NCBI GenBank assembly: GCA_951804945.1
Contig: OX638152.1
Span: forward strand, 48,112,001-48,176,000
Direction: 5' to 3'
Length of the DNA: 64,000 nt
DNA from: Podarcis cretensis
Taxonomy: Eukaryota
Position numbers and translations under genes: made by a program. Of this stretch, positions 11,579 through 25,514 are shown in pieces; position 1 is the first letter of the stretch; each line of letters begins with the position of its first letter. A model generated the notes under the pieces. That model worked only from the letters and a program-made list of their open reading frames with translations. It was not told the origin of the DNA and did no database searches.

Positions 11579-13600
11579 CGTGCTCTCCCTGAAGGAGAAC
11601 ACGCTTTCTCTTCTTGAAAATAGCAATTTGTTGTGTAACTTAATTTTTCTTCACTCTGCTTGTGCACTTTTCAAGTTATTTCATCATCAGCCATTTTTTC
11701 CAAGAGAGCAGAGATTCTGGACAAAATCTCTTTTAGTTTAACCCTCAGTGGCAGATTTACAGGTATGTGCAGTAGGAGCAAGAAATTGGGCCCCGTAATA
11801 ACCAAGTTATTAGCATACATTGTTAACTAAGAGGATACCTTTGAAAAGTGTCTACAAACAATGAAGTGCCCTTGTTGATTTTAAGTACAGTATTTTAGTT
11901 CCTTGCATTTTGGATCTCCCAGTGTTTGATTTTTATGCCTCTAGATCTCTCGCAACTTTGTGGCATTGAATGAGCTGTCAGATACATTGTGCATGGCCAC
12001 AAGCCTTTACTGGGGGCAGGTGTGTGTGTGTCTTGCTTAAAATTACTCCTGTATTACTTCCTGCATATAGAAAGCTGTGACATCAGGAAACAAATGATTT
12101 GACATGCTAGCTTTCCACCAGCTTTGCAGGCAGATGGTATATTAAGAGAACGAATGAATAGACTTTGATGTTATATTAATATGGTATATTAACTAATGGT
12201 GTGAGATATCAAATAGGTAGAGCCAGGATAAAAATTGTGCAAATTCTTGAGGATTCTAACTCTAGCTCCAAACTAGATGTTAGTGAGAAACATGATGGTT
12301 AGTTTCAAAAACTTAATTTGCATCACATAGGATTAGTGTTGCAGTGAAGCTGTTCCTATTTCATTATTAACGGTACATTTCTTAAGCAGGTAGCAATCTT
12401 TTTAGAAAGGACAACTTTATTGGCCATTGAAGCAGAATTTCTCAAGTTTGACATTCCTTGGTTCTTAGTATTGAAAATGTCCTAATATGTAGTGCTTTAG
12501 AGAATCCAAAGTGCTTCACATATGTCTGCTTCGTAATGCTATGAACCTCTTTTCCCTTGCCTCAGTTTGTTCCTGTCTGACCCTACCAGTTAAACTGCAC
12601 ATATCACAACAATATTCAACATGCTTTGTTACTACTTAGAATGTGTAGCTTTGTTTATTACATGTAAGACATGTCTTCCTTATTTATGAGCACAGAAAGA
12701 TTACTAAAATGAGTAACAGAAATATATTTATACTTTCCAAAACTTGGATATAAGCATAAGAGGAAATGGAAATTCAAGCAGATGGGAGATCATACCAAAA
12801 AAGGGTGTGGGCTGTCAGGAAACAGCAAGCAAAAACATGCTTGTTGACATTCGGTAATGCAACATAATACACAGTGCTCTGGAAAGAAATTTTTTAATAT
12901 GGTGCCATACTGTAGCCAAAACCATCTCCCTTGTCCTTGATGGATTACACAAATTTCCCTCTGTCTAAAAGCCCATAATTTCATTTCCTAGACCCCAGAG
13001 TGATGTGCTTCTTCAGCATGACATACTTTCCTATGGCCTTTTATTCTAATTTTCTATAATTATGATCATCATTACTCACTGTGACAAGGGGCACTACTGT
13101 CCTACTTCTGCCATTCTGCTCAGTTCAGACAGGGCACCCTTCTAATTTGCCATGGCCAGTGATGATATCACCCTGGTGTGCTGACTGTCAGGAGCCTATT
13201 CAAGGAGGGCATTGATGGATGGACAGCTGAAGCACAGGAGTGGATGAGCCAAGCCTGCTGTGGCATCCTCAGAAGAGCCCTTTTTAAGGAGGGCAGGGGA
13301 ACCCTTCCTTCCACCTCAAGGAAGAAAAGGAAACTGGAGGCAAACAAGCTGTGTTAGCCAGGCAGGCTGACCCTGGTCACAGGACAGAGAAGCTTTCCAG
13401 GCTGCTCTGGCTTGGTCAGGGTAAGGCAAGCTGAATCCTACCTTGTCAATGATGTTAACTCCCTTGAAGTAACAAAGACTTGGTGAGAACAGAGAGCCTA
13501 AACCTTAGTGGTGTGTACTTCTCCTGGAGGAAACTCATCGATCCATATGAAGTAGAAATCTTCTCAGTTCCCAGCCCTCAGATCATGCTATCCCATAAAT

Positions 13601-13728
13601 CAGGCTTCCTCAACCTCGGCCCTCCAGATGTTTTTGGCCTACAACTCCCATGATCCCTAGCTAGCAGGACCATTGGTCAGAGAACTGTAGTCTCAAAACA
13701 TCTGAAGGGCCGAGGTTGAGGAAGCCTG
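13601..13728. mobile_element. hAT-type MITE
   Basis: Perfect 23-bp TIR CAGGCTTCCTCAACCTCGGCCCT; 8-bp TSD CCATAAAT (13593-13600 / 13729-13736). Confidence 0.92.
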
Positions 13729-16700
13729 CCATAAATAATTCAGATGTTCCATGATCTATCTCCCGTAACCAGCAAGGAAAAACTATGCATGGATACTGGC
13801 CTCATTTGTATCAGCACATTGCAAAAGAGACTAGTGCTCAGCATGTCAGTTGACCCAGGCTGGTAATTGAGTTTAAAGGTGGGATGAAACTGCACTCATC
13901 CTCCAAGCGCCAAAGGATCAGAGTTGTGGCCTGAGCAACCTAGAAGAATACTGGATTGAAACCTAAATAACGCTGACAAATGCAGGATCACAGAAAATGG
14001 ATTTGCCTAAACAACAAAACCAAGAACTTACTTTCTCCATGCCTCCCAGAAACCCAGAGCAAGAGCATTTGTTTAAAAACAATGGCAACAGACAGCGCTT
14101 CAGTATATGGGAAAATAAGTGTTTGGACATACTGACAATAAACAGGACCAGATGCTATGCATCAGTTGCACCTGACAATCTTGGGAATGACTCCTGGGAG
14201 AACATTTCAAGTTAGTCAGAAGAAATACAAAATTGTTAGACACCAGATCAGTACTTCAACTTCTGCAGTGTTAGCACTTTAAGGTAGAGAAGCTGCATCC
14301 AGATTTATACCATTTGAAGATTTGGCAGGTAGCAGCCAAGAAATAGAATTCATCTTCACTGGGCATAATAATACGTCTAAAGATATCTTTCTATAGCAAT
14401 TGTGCCATCTCATTATGATCCGTTATCCACTTTCATTTCTCATTCCATCTATTATTAAATTAGGTTGTTCAACAATGTAGCTATTACGAAGTTATGGACT
14501 TCCATGTCCCCTTTCAAGGCAAAAAGGCTCTCCAAGATTTTGCAATTTGGAATTTCAGGTCTGCCACTACAGCTAAAGTGGATGATAACAAAATGCAGCT
14601 TGATTTACATTTCAAAGCTTTCACTGAATATAAAGCCGCTCTATTGGCCTTTAAGCACTATATCATCTGTGTCAGGCATATTTAAGCAAATTGTTGGCTC
14701 TCTTAATGCCATATTGAACACTGCAAACTGCTGATGCAGTCTTTATGGCTACATCGTAAGCTACATAAGCTGAAATTGTGTTAGTCTACATAGTGTTTAG
14801 CTATGCTCCTTAAAGAAATGGAGCTATCATTTCTACCTGGTTTTCAGCATTGTCCAGCTATCTTTGTCATCGTTTTGTCATTATCACATCTTTTCTGATG
14901 TCCTTCTAGTCCAGCACTCTGTTCTCACAGTGGCCAACCAGTTGTCCATGGGAAGCCCATCAGCAGAATCTGCTATTATGGGCTGTGTCCGTAAGACACT
15001 GGACTCCTGATTAAGTAAAACACACAGTCCCAAAACCATAGAACTTTGCTATTTTTCTCCTTCAGTAAACATGGTTAGTTCTCTTGTCAATATTTATATG
15101 TATAAGTGTTGTCACATTTTGCCTGTGCTGAATGATTATCTAGGTGCTTCACCAAAGTGCATGTTTCTGCATGAAGACCTTTCACCTGCCGAACAGATGA
15201 TCAGCTTTCACAGCACTGATGACTTGTTTGGGTTTAAGGAGCAGGTTGTCTCCCGAGACAGATGGATGCCAACAAACCAGGAACTTGCCATACCCTGACT
15301 CTCCAAACAGCTGATCAGCCCTTTCCAAGTGCCAACCATCTGTTCAACAATGCATAGAGTTCTGAATACAGGATTCTGCCCCCATCCCCGCTTTCCAATG
15401 CCAAATTCTTTAGTCTGTGCGAAATTTGATCAAGGGAGGTGATTTTCCAATAGAATTCTGTTAGCTCTCAGAAAGATCACTTTTTCTGGTTTGGAATGAC
15501 TGCAGGCTTAGCAAAAATCTGTGACCATCCCAAGCACTATATTGACATAGGGCTACATGGGAAATAATACAACATTCAAACATGTAACAATGTCTGATCA
15601 CTATAGTAAAAATGGAGCAACTGCAATGAATATATATAAAATTTTCTTTCATATTCATGACCATATTCATACCTTGCCTGTGGGGAATGGACATTCATGT
15701 GTTAAGCAAAAACAGATAACAGTGAACACGTGTTGAGGTAATTGCCAAAAGAGGCTCTGGTCAACACAAGTAATCATGAAAAAATTTTCAGAAGACAGGT
15801 TGCAGGCAGGGATATAAGAGCAGGCAACAATATAACAGGAGTCAAACTTTCCCCATCCATTGATATGCAAAATGGGAGAAGAAAGATTGGTTCTTAGCAG
15901 CAATCTAATAAATCCAGAAATAAGTAAAGTGGTAAAAATTCAATGATGTGTGAGTTAAATGTGTGAAAGAACATTTCTGTCATTTCAGGATTCTGTTTCC
16001 ATTTGTTGCCAAACGCCTCATACATTTTGTGTTTTATTTGTTAAAATTTGATTTCTTCTCATTTGTTTTTGTTAAAATCCCATTTCCTTCATGTCTTGAT
16101 ACTTTTGTTTCCTGTTTATTTTTTGTTCCACTTTTTGTCACCTGCAGACATCCGTCCAAGGTCCAGGTGGACAGGATCCTAAACACCAACAAAACAGCAG
16201 AATGCAACAGATGGGCATGATTTGACTTCTGTTTGTGCCTATTAGTTTCCCTCTGGGTTTGTTTTGGATCAAATAGAAATTCAACTGAATAGACACCATT
16301 CAATTCTATTTTCCATTTGTCAAATAAATACACACTCCCACTTTTTCTACTTCAGAAAGCATGGCTATTTCTCTGGTCAGTATTCATATTCATAACTGTG
16401 GTGACTGTGGTGGAAATGTGGATGTCCCACCAAAGTTAAACAGTAGTGTTTATGTGTTGAACTGGTACCAAAAGAAGCCAGGTACACTAAAGGGGAACTT
16501 GTGGCACTCTCAATGTTTCTGGGCTCCTACTTCAGTCAGACAGTAGGGCCAATGACCAGAAATGTCACACCTCTATCCGGACACAGTGGAGTCCATATGC
16601 TGTTGGAGGGCAACAGGTTCCCCATCCCTGGGGTAAAATAAACTTGCTGGAGATAATAGACCAAACACTAATTCATAAGTGTCTTTCTCTCTGTGTTGCC

Positions 16701-19259
16701 TGAGAAATGGAATTGTTGAATTGAAGAAAAGAAAAAAAAACTTACTTCAAGTTGATTGATGTCTGTGTAACGACTTTCATCAGCAATGCTCTGAAACAAG
16801 ATTAATGCTACTTTTCCCCTTTAGAGGTAGACAGGTGTTATCTTTTCCTATCAGATAGTCCTTGTTCATTCACACTGCTGGAACTAGGGAAATGATATGA
16901 ATTTGACATACAAATTATGCATCAGTTTTTCAGAGGAAGCAGAAATCGTGTCGATAAAGGGAACTGCATATCAGTAACCAATAGGAAGTGAGGAAATACA
17001 GCCTGTAAGCTTGAGCCCCGAAGGAGGCTGATGGACAGAAGTATATGAGAAGCAGGAGAAGATTTTCATGTTATCAACTGTACCTAGAAGCACTGTTTTG
17101 TATCTAGCATAGTGGTGCCATGAGAGATGGCAGAGGAAAGGGAAGAATGGCCTTGGTGAGAGCTTGTTTACAGTACCCCCAGTGCATGAACATCTAGAAT
17201 CTTTGCCTATGTAGAAACAATAGCTGCCTGTGGTCACTTCTTTCCAGACTTGAACGTGGAAGTGATTTCTTGTGCTGTTGTCGTTTTGTTCCTTATTCAA
17301 AAAAACCCAACTTCCTTTACTTTCTAACAACATCACAATGTTTGAGAGGAATGGTAGAATTTTTGGACAAAGATAATCACTTTTGTGTTTTTCCCACACT
17401 GTCTGCTGCACTGTAAAATGGTATAAACTACTTGCATTGTAACTTTCCTTGAATTCCCAGTGACTATGGAGTACTATGCAAACGATAGTATCTGAGTTTG
17501 CAGCAGTAAATTGCAGATTGTAAGTGATGGCTCTGAACCTTCAGGAAGTGTAGCAGCATTCATTTATATGGGTCTTAGTAAATGTGACATAGGAGGACTG
17601 TCCGAAAGCTAATTGAAGTGGCAAAACTATCACAGTGAAGCTGGTGAAAGCTCCATGATCTTGCTGTAAAAATATGATTATGTCTATGACTGAAAATGTA
17701 AAGTCATTGCTGCCCATTAATTATAAATTATAATGAAGATCACAGTTTGCAGTTTTTGCAGAATGGAAACCTGAGCCAGCTCAGGTCATCATTAGATAGC
17801 ATTTGACCAGGGAATTCATATGACATATGCCACAATGCCCTGCATATAATTTGAACTGATATGCTCTGGGGGTACAATTACTCTGTGATCCTGAAGTATA
17901 TAACCTTGCACTGTAGAGAAGTGTTTCTCCAATGGAAATAAAGAGAAGAAATTCATCAGCAGTGACTTTGGAATGATGATTTGTATTTTAATGCACAACT
18001 CCCGCTGATAACTCTCATCAACACTGTTTGTCTCAGAAACATAAAAGGAAAAAAATTCACACTGATTTAAAAGTGATCATAGATCAGCAAAGAACATTAT
18101 CTCTGAGAAAAATTGCCAAATCAGAATCTATTCATACACCTGATTCTGAACAAGTTAAAGCTGAATAATTTCTCTAGCATCAGTCTCAATAACATATTCC
18201 ATGCTGAGGAATTAGAAAAGACTTTTGCCAGAGCTACGAAGTCAAAGAGTTTGCTTTCAGCTAGACATGGGCCTTTAAAACATGCCTACAAACATTTTCA
18301 GCCAAGGCCTTCTGTTGGGGGGAAGACTCGTCATAAAGAGCTCTTGAGAGGCAATTACATTTGACACATGGTCATGACAGTCAGGCTTGGAACCATTTTA
18401 ATCTGATTTCAGTTGAAAGTTTCTTCTTTCAGACCTGCCCTGAGCCACTGAGAAATGGGAACTAGAAATGGAAAGCTACGGATAAATAAATATTCCAATT
18501 TAGGTTGTCCAGCGGCATGACCGCCAAGACATTCCCTCAGTCTCTTAGCCCAGTTCTGTGAACTGCCGCACCAGTCGTCATGACTGCAGCACAGTTAATG
18601 TTGAGACAGCACAAGAGAGCAGCCCATTCTGCTGTGCCAATATTGTGAACCGAAATGGTTCAGCCAGAAAAATAGGTGTTACCGTGACAGCCATGGAAAA
18701 ATACGCAGGGATGATACACAAAGCATGTCTGTTATTTTCAGATCAAATGCCTGTACATTCAACAAACCAAAGGCTTACTGCGTACAAGAGCAGGTATCTT
18801 TCTTGCTCAGATGAGCGAGCAAGCCTTCTTTAGAAGCTTTTGTGAGGGACCCACTGGGCTATTGGAAGAAAGGGCTATCCAGGCTGGTGTGGCTACTTGT
18901 GTGAACTTCTTATCTGACAAGCATGAAGACATGTGCCTCAAGTTCTACAGGTTCTGAAAAACAGAAAAGGGGTTAGAATGACAGTCTAAGACAGCAAGCA
19001 GTTGGTTTATATAGAGTTTTAGCCACTGTCATTCAACTAGAGTGGGAATACTGATATTTACCAATTAAAAGGTTTGCTTTCAGTGTTCAAAACTGTTCAC
19101 ATATAGATCAACTCAGCAATTCTTACAACAGCAGTGGGAAGCAGACTAGAATTATGATACCATGTTGCTGATTGTGGGAGGCTGATAGCAGATAATGGTT
19201 TGCTTAATACCGCATAGTAGTAGTGGGTTTGTGGCTGGTGTATGGTTTGAGATGTCATG

Positions 19260-19425
19260 GTTTCATATTATTTATTGAATTTATATACCACCCTGTACCC
19301 GCAGGTCTCAGGACGGTGCACAGGGTAAAACCAGAATATAAAGCCGCAAAGTACATAATCAAAATAAAAACAACAACCCAATGTCCCCCCAACACGTTTT
19401 AAAATGGCATAGGATGTCAATCAAA
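19260..19425 (-). mobile_element. L2 LINE 3' tail fragment
   Basis: TTTATTGAATTTATATACCACCCTGTACCCGCAGGTCTCAGGACGGTGCACA resembles a reversed squamate L2 3' end. Confidence 0.5.
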
Positions 19426-20001
19426 TCATCTCACTCACATATCTCACTCACTTACACAATATGCAAGCCCAACTCTTTGACCAAGAGCAAGGGTGGTACA
19501 GTGACAAGAGCCTAGCTCAGAGCGCAAGAAGAGGCTATAGTTACTTTAATTAGTGGCTACTTAAGCCATTCATGAGCCAACTATACTGGTGAACTTCTAC
19601 TAATAGTTAGTAAATCATTGGAGTATGAATGCTGCTGACACACAGCACAGAAGGGTGGATTTGTCATGTAAGACAGAGTATAGCTGTAGCAACAACAGAT
19701 AGCAACAACAAGTATGTTTCTAGGACTAGGATGCTGCTTGCTGTCCTCCTTATCCATGATTCTGTTCATTGGATTTATTCAGTGATATTCTTTGATGTTC
19801 TTTCTCATACACACAAAACTGTTTTCTTTTCCACAACACCTGTGCAGTGTATTTATTGGAGGCATAGGTTCAGTTCATATGCTACTGATACAGTACAGTA
19901 ACTGCTAAAAAACAAACAACAACCGACCAACCAACCAACCAAACAAACAAACACTTGCTTCCATGTGGGTTAATCTCACTTCACAGGAGTAATGTCTGAA
20001 G

Positions 20002-20026
20002 CACACACACACACACACACACACAC
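20002..20026. repeat. (CA)n microsatellite
   Basis: About 12 CA units seen directly. Confidence 0.95.
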
Positions 20027-21140
20027 CACACAAGAGGCAGTAGCCCCATTCCACTGTCCTGCTTCATTGCCAGTCTCCCTGGCCTCTAGGGCCAGAGAGG
20101 GACCAGTGGCAAAGCCCTGCATAACATCCCCTCTCCTTCCAAGTCAGTAAGAAGGGAGGTGTTCCACCACCCAGTTTTGCTGCCAGATGAGAAGTAAGAT
20201 TTCTCCTCCTGCCTGGTGGCATGGCAAGAATTGTAAGGTGGTTCACAACATGATTGAAAAAGTCAATCATAAAAATACATACTGTATGTGTAACATCCAC
20301 AAAGCAGTAAGTATTTTTTGTAATCAACAAATTATGAACATGGAAGCCTGATGGATCTGTGAGGAGAGAGTATTCCACAAAATGGATGTCACCACTGAGA
20401 AAGCCCTTTTCCATATCGTCATGAGATGTATTTCTGTAAGAAATGGCATCCTGTGTGGTAAGGAGGGCATCCTGTGATGTTTGAAATGGTTGGGCTCATC
20501 AATATGGGGCATTCTCTCAGACAGCCTAGTCCTGAACTGTTTAGCATTTTGTAAGCTTAAACTTGGCTTGATAGCAAATTGGCAGCCAGTACAATTCCTT
20601 CAGCACAGGAGTGCTTAGCAGCACATGACCTTTTAAAGTAGTGGATCATTTTAGTTTAGCAGTTAAATATACAGTAAGTGGGAGGCATGAATCTTAAGTG
20701 ACAACTATTAGGTGAGTATGTTAACATAGTTGGGGCCTTTTCAGTGGTAGCACCTCAGTTTTGCAATGCCCTGTGTCAGGGGTGAGGATCTACGGTATTT
20801 TCAGGCTAAAGGCCACATTTTATCTTGGGCTGCCTTCTGCAAACTGAATGCTTGTGAATGGGAAGGCCAGCAGTAAAAAGTGCATAGAGTCACAGGTGAA
20901 AATGGATGGGGCAATATGTGTGAATCTTGCCTTTCTATATCCCTTCCACACACAAGTGAGAATTCTTTATACACACATGCACACACCTCCATCCAGTTAG
21001 ATGAGATGTATTATCATAGTTCAATGGTACATTCCATCCAGATAGAGGGACTCAAGGAGAACTTGGAACAGGCTAGGTAAGAGATGTGGTCTGGGGAGAG
21101 TCCCAATGGCTGGATAGTGAAGGTTGCTTTCAGCACCTAA

Positions 21141-21221
21141 TAGGGTCGTCATACGTTGGAAGCAGTATCCGAGTGGAAATCAGCAAAATGTCTGGGGAAA
21201 TCTGGTTGTATGGCAACCCAT
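21141..21221. mobile_element. Tiny hAT (Blackjack-like) element
   Basis: TAGGGTCGTCATAC ... GTATGGCAACCCA imperfect TIRs. Confidence 0.45.
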
Positions 21222-21284
21222 GTCGGCAACCCAGCTCACAACTTTGCTCAGAAAGCTCAACAACTTTTGTGTCCGGATTTTCAG

Positions 21285-21323
21285 TTCTTCTTCTTCTTCT
21301 TCTTCTTCTTCTTCTTCTTCTTC
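21285..21323. repeat. (TTC)13 microsatellite
   Basis: Seen directly; explains the poly-S, poly-L and poly-F ORFs. Confidence 0.95.
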
Positions 21324-23254
21324 ATTGTATTGCCACCTTTCACCAGCAGTTAAATTACAGTCACAGTAATTGGGTGGGTCCTAAAACCATACATCTTGGG
21401 TGCCAAAGGGCAAGGTAAAGTAGTGTGCCTTAAGCATTTGCTGAAAGCTATGAAAGCTATATAGTGAAGATAGCAGATATGCCTCTGTGAGGAGGGAATT
21501 CCACAAATTATGCCATTTCAGCACCATGGGAAGGCCTCCTTATTTTCTCAGGCCTTTAAATTCTTTCCTGATTTAAACACCTTTGTTTTTTATGCTGCTT
21601 TCATATGTTTTACTGATCTAATTGTGTATTCAAATGTGTTTTTCCCCTTTCCTGTAAACCACCCTGAGAACATGGTGAAAGGGTGGCATATGTATATTTT
21701 AAACAAACAAAATAAAAATAGATCCTGTGCTAATGACTACCAAACGAAGTCATTTAAAAAACAACAACAACAACTGAAAATCTGAGGCAGAATATATATT
21801 TGGCTACATAGTCCTTCAACATCCGTTCATTTTATCACAGGAACTCCAGTGTGAAATTTGAAGTGATTTTTGCTGGAGGCAGGGAGAGGCAATGCTAATT
21901 AATAAACAGTCCTAAATGACTGTCAACTTGCCCCACTCAGTAGCCTTATCAACTAACAGGCAGGGAAATGTTTTTAACCAAGATCACCTACAAACCACTT
22001 GCCTTTGAAAAGGGTTTCCTTTTCTCTTCCCCAGACAATTCTTCTTGCACATTTTCCAGCTAGAACTGATATTGTACATGGCCCAATAATGTGCAAAGCA
22101 AATCAGACTAACAAGAAACAAAGGCAAGTCTTATTTTTTTCCGGAAATGAAATCATGGCCTAGTTCTATTTCCTGACCCCGGGCAAATGATTGACATTGG
22201 AGTAGACGGTGACCTGCTTAGAGTGGTTTAGTGTGTCAACTGCCACCTGGTTTTATGTCACTGGGCATGTAATGAAGCTGACTAAATAAGGCAGAGCTAA
22301 CCTAGAAAAAGACATCAGACTTAAGTTATATTTTTAGGCTGATTTCTTTTCACATAAATTTAAATACCAACTGGAGTCATTCACTATGAAAGACCGTGCT
22401 GGCTTTCTTATGCTATCAGGAAAGATTAAGGGCTCAGGTTGGTTACGTGGTGTTCTGGCTTCGCCTGGCAGATCTCCTTGGTTGGAGCTTAAAATGTGTA
22501 GTAAACTAGGCTACTTTTCTTCTTAGATGCATAATGCAGCGGATGGGTCCCTTTTATGTGACATTTTGCTCCTGGAAAATGCAGGGGAAAGGTTGCCTTT
22601 CCAGGCAGCGTCAGCACCAATAACTAGGCAGACGGCAGCTTTTGACTGGCGACAGCAAATATTAAATCTATTTTTATTAATGTAATTGGAGTGGTTTCAG
22701 GATTTGGCAAACCTACTCCCTGCTTTTTGAAAGACATGGAGAAAGGCTGCATCTTATGGGGTGTGTCCTATATGAAAGGCTACGTTCTCTTCCTCAGCTT
22801 ATATCATGGCTAGATTTTTCTGCACAACTCAGTCCTTATTACAGACTGAAAAGGGAATGCGGTGTTTGGGTTGAATTGTCCTGTGGCAATATATTGTCTT
22901 CTTGAATTCCTAACTGCACATAAAAGGCTGCGGCCGCTGTTTACCTTCTCCAAATAGTCCAAGCTCCAGAATATTTCACTCCTGAAACACACTACCTGGG
23001 TTTGTAGTATCCCATGAAGTTGATGTGAATTAATAGGGTTGCCTCCTTTTTCTTAGCCCCTGAAACTTATTTGTGTGCACCACAGAGACTAAATGGAGGT
23101 GGATACTCATTCAAGATTACTGGTCTCAAGCATTCCAGGTTGTCTGTTAGCTCCCCATCCCAACCAAGATAAATAGGCACTGGGGAGTTTGGTACACTTT
23201 CAAAGCAACTTGCTAAGCTGCTCTCAGAAATGGAATATTGCATTATATTGTGGA

Positions 23255-23370
23255 TAGCCAATTTGGTACCCTCCAGATGTTGTTGGAACCCAATTCTTAT
23301 CAGCCCACCTTGCATGTCCAATGGATGATGGGAGTTGTAGTCCAACATTATCTGGTGGGCATGATGTTTG
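23255..23370. mobile_element. Degenerate hAT MITE (same family as 13601/48876)
   Basis: CCCTCCAGATGTTGTTGG ... GATGATGGGAGTTGTAGTCCAAC...ATCTGG. Confidence 0.65.
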
Positions 23371-23809
23371 TTACCCCTGAGATATATGGACCATCCTTGC
23401 TTAGAAAGAAAAATAAGTATGAGCATTGAAACCCACACATAACTAGGTGAGTGGTTATTCACAAGGCTTGGTTTTTTATTGTACTCAATGGTATGGAGCC
23501 CTGGTACCTCTTATTTTGATGCCCATGGCAGCCATTTTCTGCTGGCACCCATCAGACCCAGTACCTCATTTTTAACAAAAATTAAAAGACTGACTATTTG
23601 TATGTCAGAACTCAGACTCATAACTCTTGGCTACCCTGTGCACAACCTTTTTCGAGAATGTGGTCCCATATGGGAAAGTCCCACTCGTGTTTTGAAGCCA
23701 AATTTCTGGATCTTGGCATGCAACAAAGGCAATTGCAGAAGCCCAGGCTTCGTTCTCACACCCTTCAGTTTCAGTAAATGGTGAAGCTATGCACTGTTCA
23801 AACTGATGA

Positions 23810-24225
23810 TGATAATTACTATTACTAATACCCTGTCTATCTGGCGTTGTTTCTCCAGCCACACTGGGTGGTTTCCAGAAGAATAGTAAAAACACGACAA
23901 AACATCAAATGTTCAAAACTTCCCTAAACAGGTCTGCCCTCAGATGTCTTCTTTGACATCTGAAGGGAGGGTGTTCCACAGGGAGGGTGACACTACTGAG
24001 AAGGTCCTCTGTCTAGTTCCCTGTATCTTCACTTCTCACAGTGAAGAAATCACCAGAAGGCCCTTGGAGGAGGACCTCAGTGTCCGGGCTGAGCGATGGG
24101 AGTGGAGACACTCCTTCAAGTATACTGGGTCGAGGCTGTTTAGAGGGCTTTAAAGGTCAGCTCCGACACTTTGAATTATGCTTGGAATGCACTGGGAGCT
24201 AATAAAGATCCTTTAGGACTGGTGT
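23810..24225 (-). mobile_element. L2 LINE 3' fragment
   Basis: Reverse-complement homolog of 27895-28308 (GGGAGGGTGTTCCACAG...GAGAAGGTCCTCTG...GGCTTTAAAGG). Confidence 0.85.
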
Positions 24226-24232
24226 TAAATTC

Positions 24233-24381
24233 TAGGTTCAATCCTTGGCATCTCCAAGTAGAGCTAGGAGAATCTTCTGCCTTAAATACTGCAGAGCAGC
24301 TACTGGTAATTATAGGCAATATTTAGCCAGATGGACCAATCAATGGTCTGATTCATCAAAAAGCAGCTTCCTACATCCCTA
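24233..24381 (+). mobile_element. Squam3-type tRNA-derived SINE, 5'-truncated
   Basis: B-box GGTTCAATCC, then GGCATCTCCA...GATGGACCAAT...GCAGCTTCCTA. Confidence 0.7.
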
Positions 24382-24486
24382 TGTCCTAGACTTATTACTT
24401 TTGATTCTTTAGAAGCATTCTTAAGAAAACTAAGATTCTCGTCCAGATGCATGTACGGTGGGAAGAGGGTATTTATGAAGTTCACA

Positions 24487-24722
24487 CACTGGCGTATGAA
24501 GGGGGCGGGGGAGCGCACCACATTGGGTGCCATTTGGGGAAAAGGTGCCATTGTGGCCGTGCCCCTGGGACATGCAACCCTGGGACATGTGCCATGCCCC
24601 CACGGGCAATGTGCCACGCTGATGCACCACACCCCTGGGACACACGCCAGGCCCCTGTGGGCGACACGCCACTCCCCGCCTGTTGTCCACTCCAGGGGCT
24701 GCAGCATGTTGCTCCGCCACTG
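24487..24722. mobile_element. GC-rich hAT MITE
   Basis: Ends CACTGGCG ... CGCCACTG; perfect 8-bp TSD AGTTCACA (24479-24486 / 24723-24730); internal CCCTGGGACA repeats. Confidence 0.88.
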
Positions 24723-25514
24723 AGTTCACATATTACAAGACCTGGAAAATATGTGTGAATTTCTAAAGAGCCCAGTTGGCTGGATGTAGCAGGATAGACT
24801 GTACACAAAGTAAGAGCCAATATACATAAATAAGTGATTATGTAGCTCTCACAATGCGGACTGCTGCAAACTTCCATTTGGAGATTAGCAGCATCACTAC
24901 CCAATCCTACTTCCTCCAGTTTTCACTGAACACAAGTATACACAAACAGATTACTGGGGTTAGGGAGTGGGAGCAGAGAGCAATTGAAAGCAGCCATTGC
25001 TTGTTCATGTGCATCAGCGGAAGTCTGAAGAACAACAGTCCTATTCAGACAATGCTCAGCAAAAGAAGAACATGGATACAGTGAGGCTGTAGGGCCATAT
25101 GTTTGGTACCTTATTTTTCCAGTGAGACTGAAATGATTAGATTACAAATTTTGCATTCACTTCCACTAAAAATCTGATTAACCTTGCAGTCTCAACCTTG
25201 CATTATTAAATGGTTTCTTTATTTTTCCTAATCCCTGTATGCATTGAAATATTGTCATGAAAAGAAAATATAAAAAAACATTAAAATAGGTATATTATAC
25301 AAATAGACACAATCAAAAAAGTCATACAACATTCTATTAATTAACAACTTAGATAATGGAAAATATGTTATTACAAAAGGTGGAGTTATGGTAAATATAT
25401 TTTCTTTCTTTTTTTAAGTCTTATTTTATGCCTACAGCATTGTTACTCTGAAAGTTCCTTGGCCGGCAGTATCTCCCCTGAGTTGGTGATTAAGCCAATT
25501 AAGGTTTTGAAATG

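Noticed and set aside
14465-14734. ORF fragments (HFKAFTEYKAALLAFK)
   Set aside because: Most likely a decayed LINE ORF2 linker region; too weak to annotate and no splice structure.
16971-17411. 146-aa ORF as a novel gene
   Set aside because: Non-ATG start, no recognisable domain, composition like translated non-coding DNA.
21086-21418. ORFs with poly-L, poly-S and poly-F
   Set aside because: Translations of the (TTC)13 microsatellite.
24300-24904. Five overlapping ORFs of 90-140 aa
   Set aside because: Explained by the GC-rich hAT MITE at 24487-24722.
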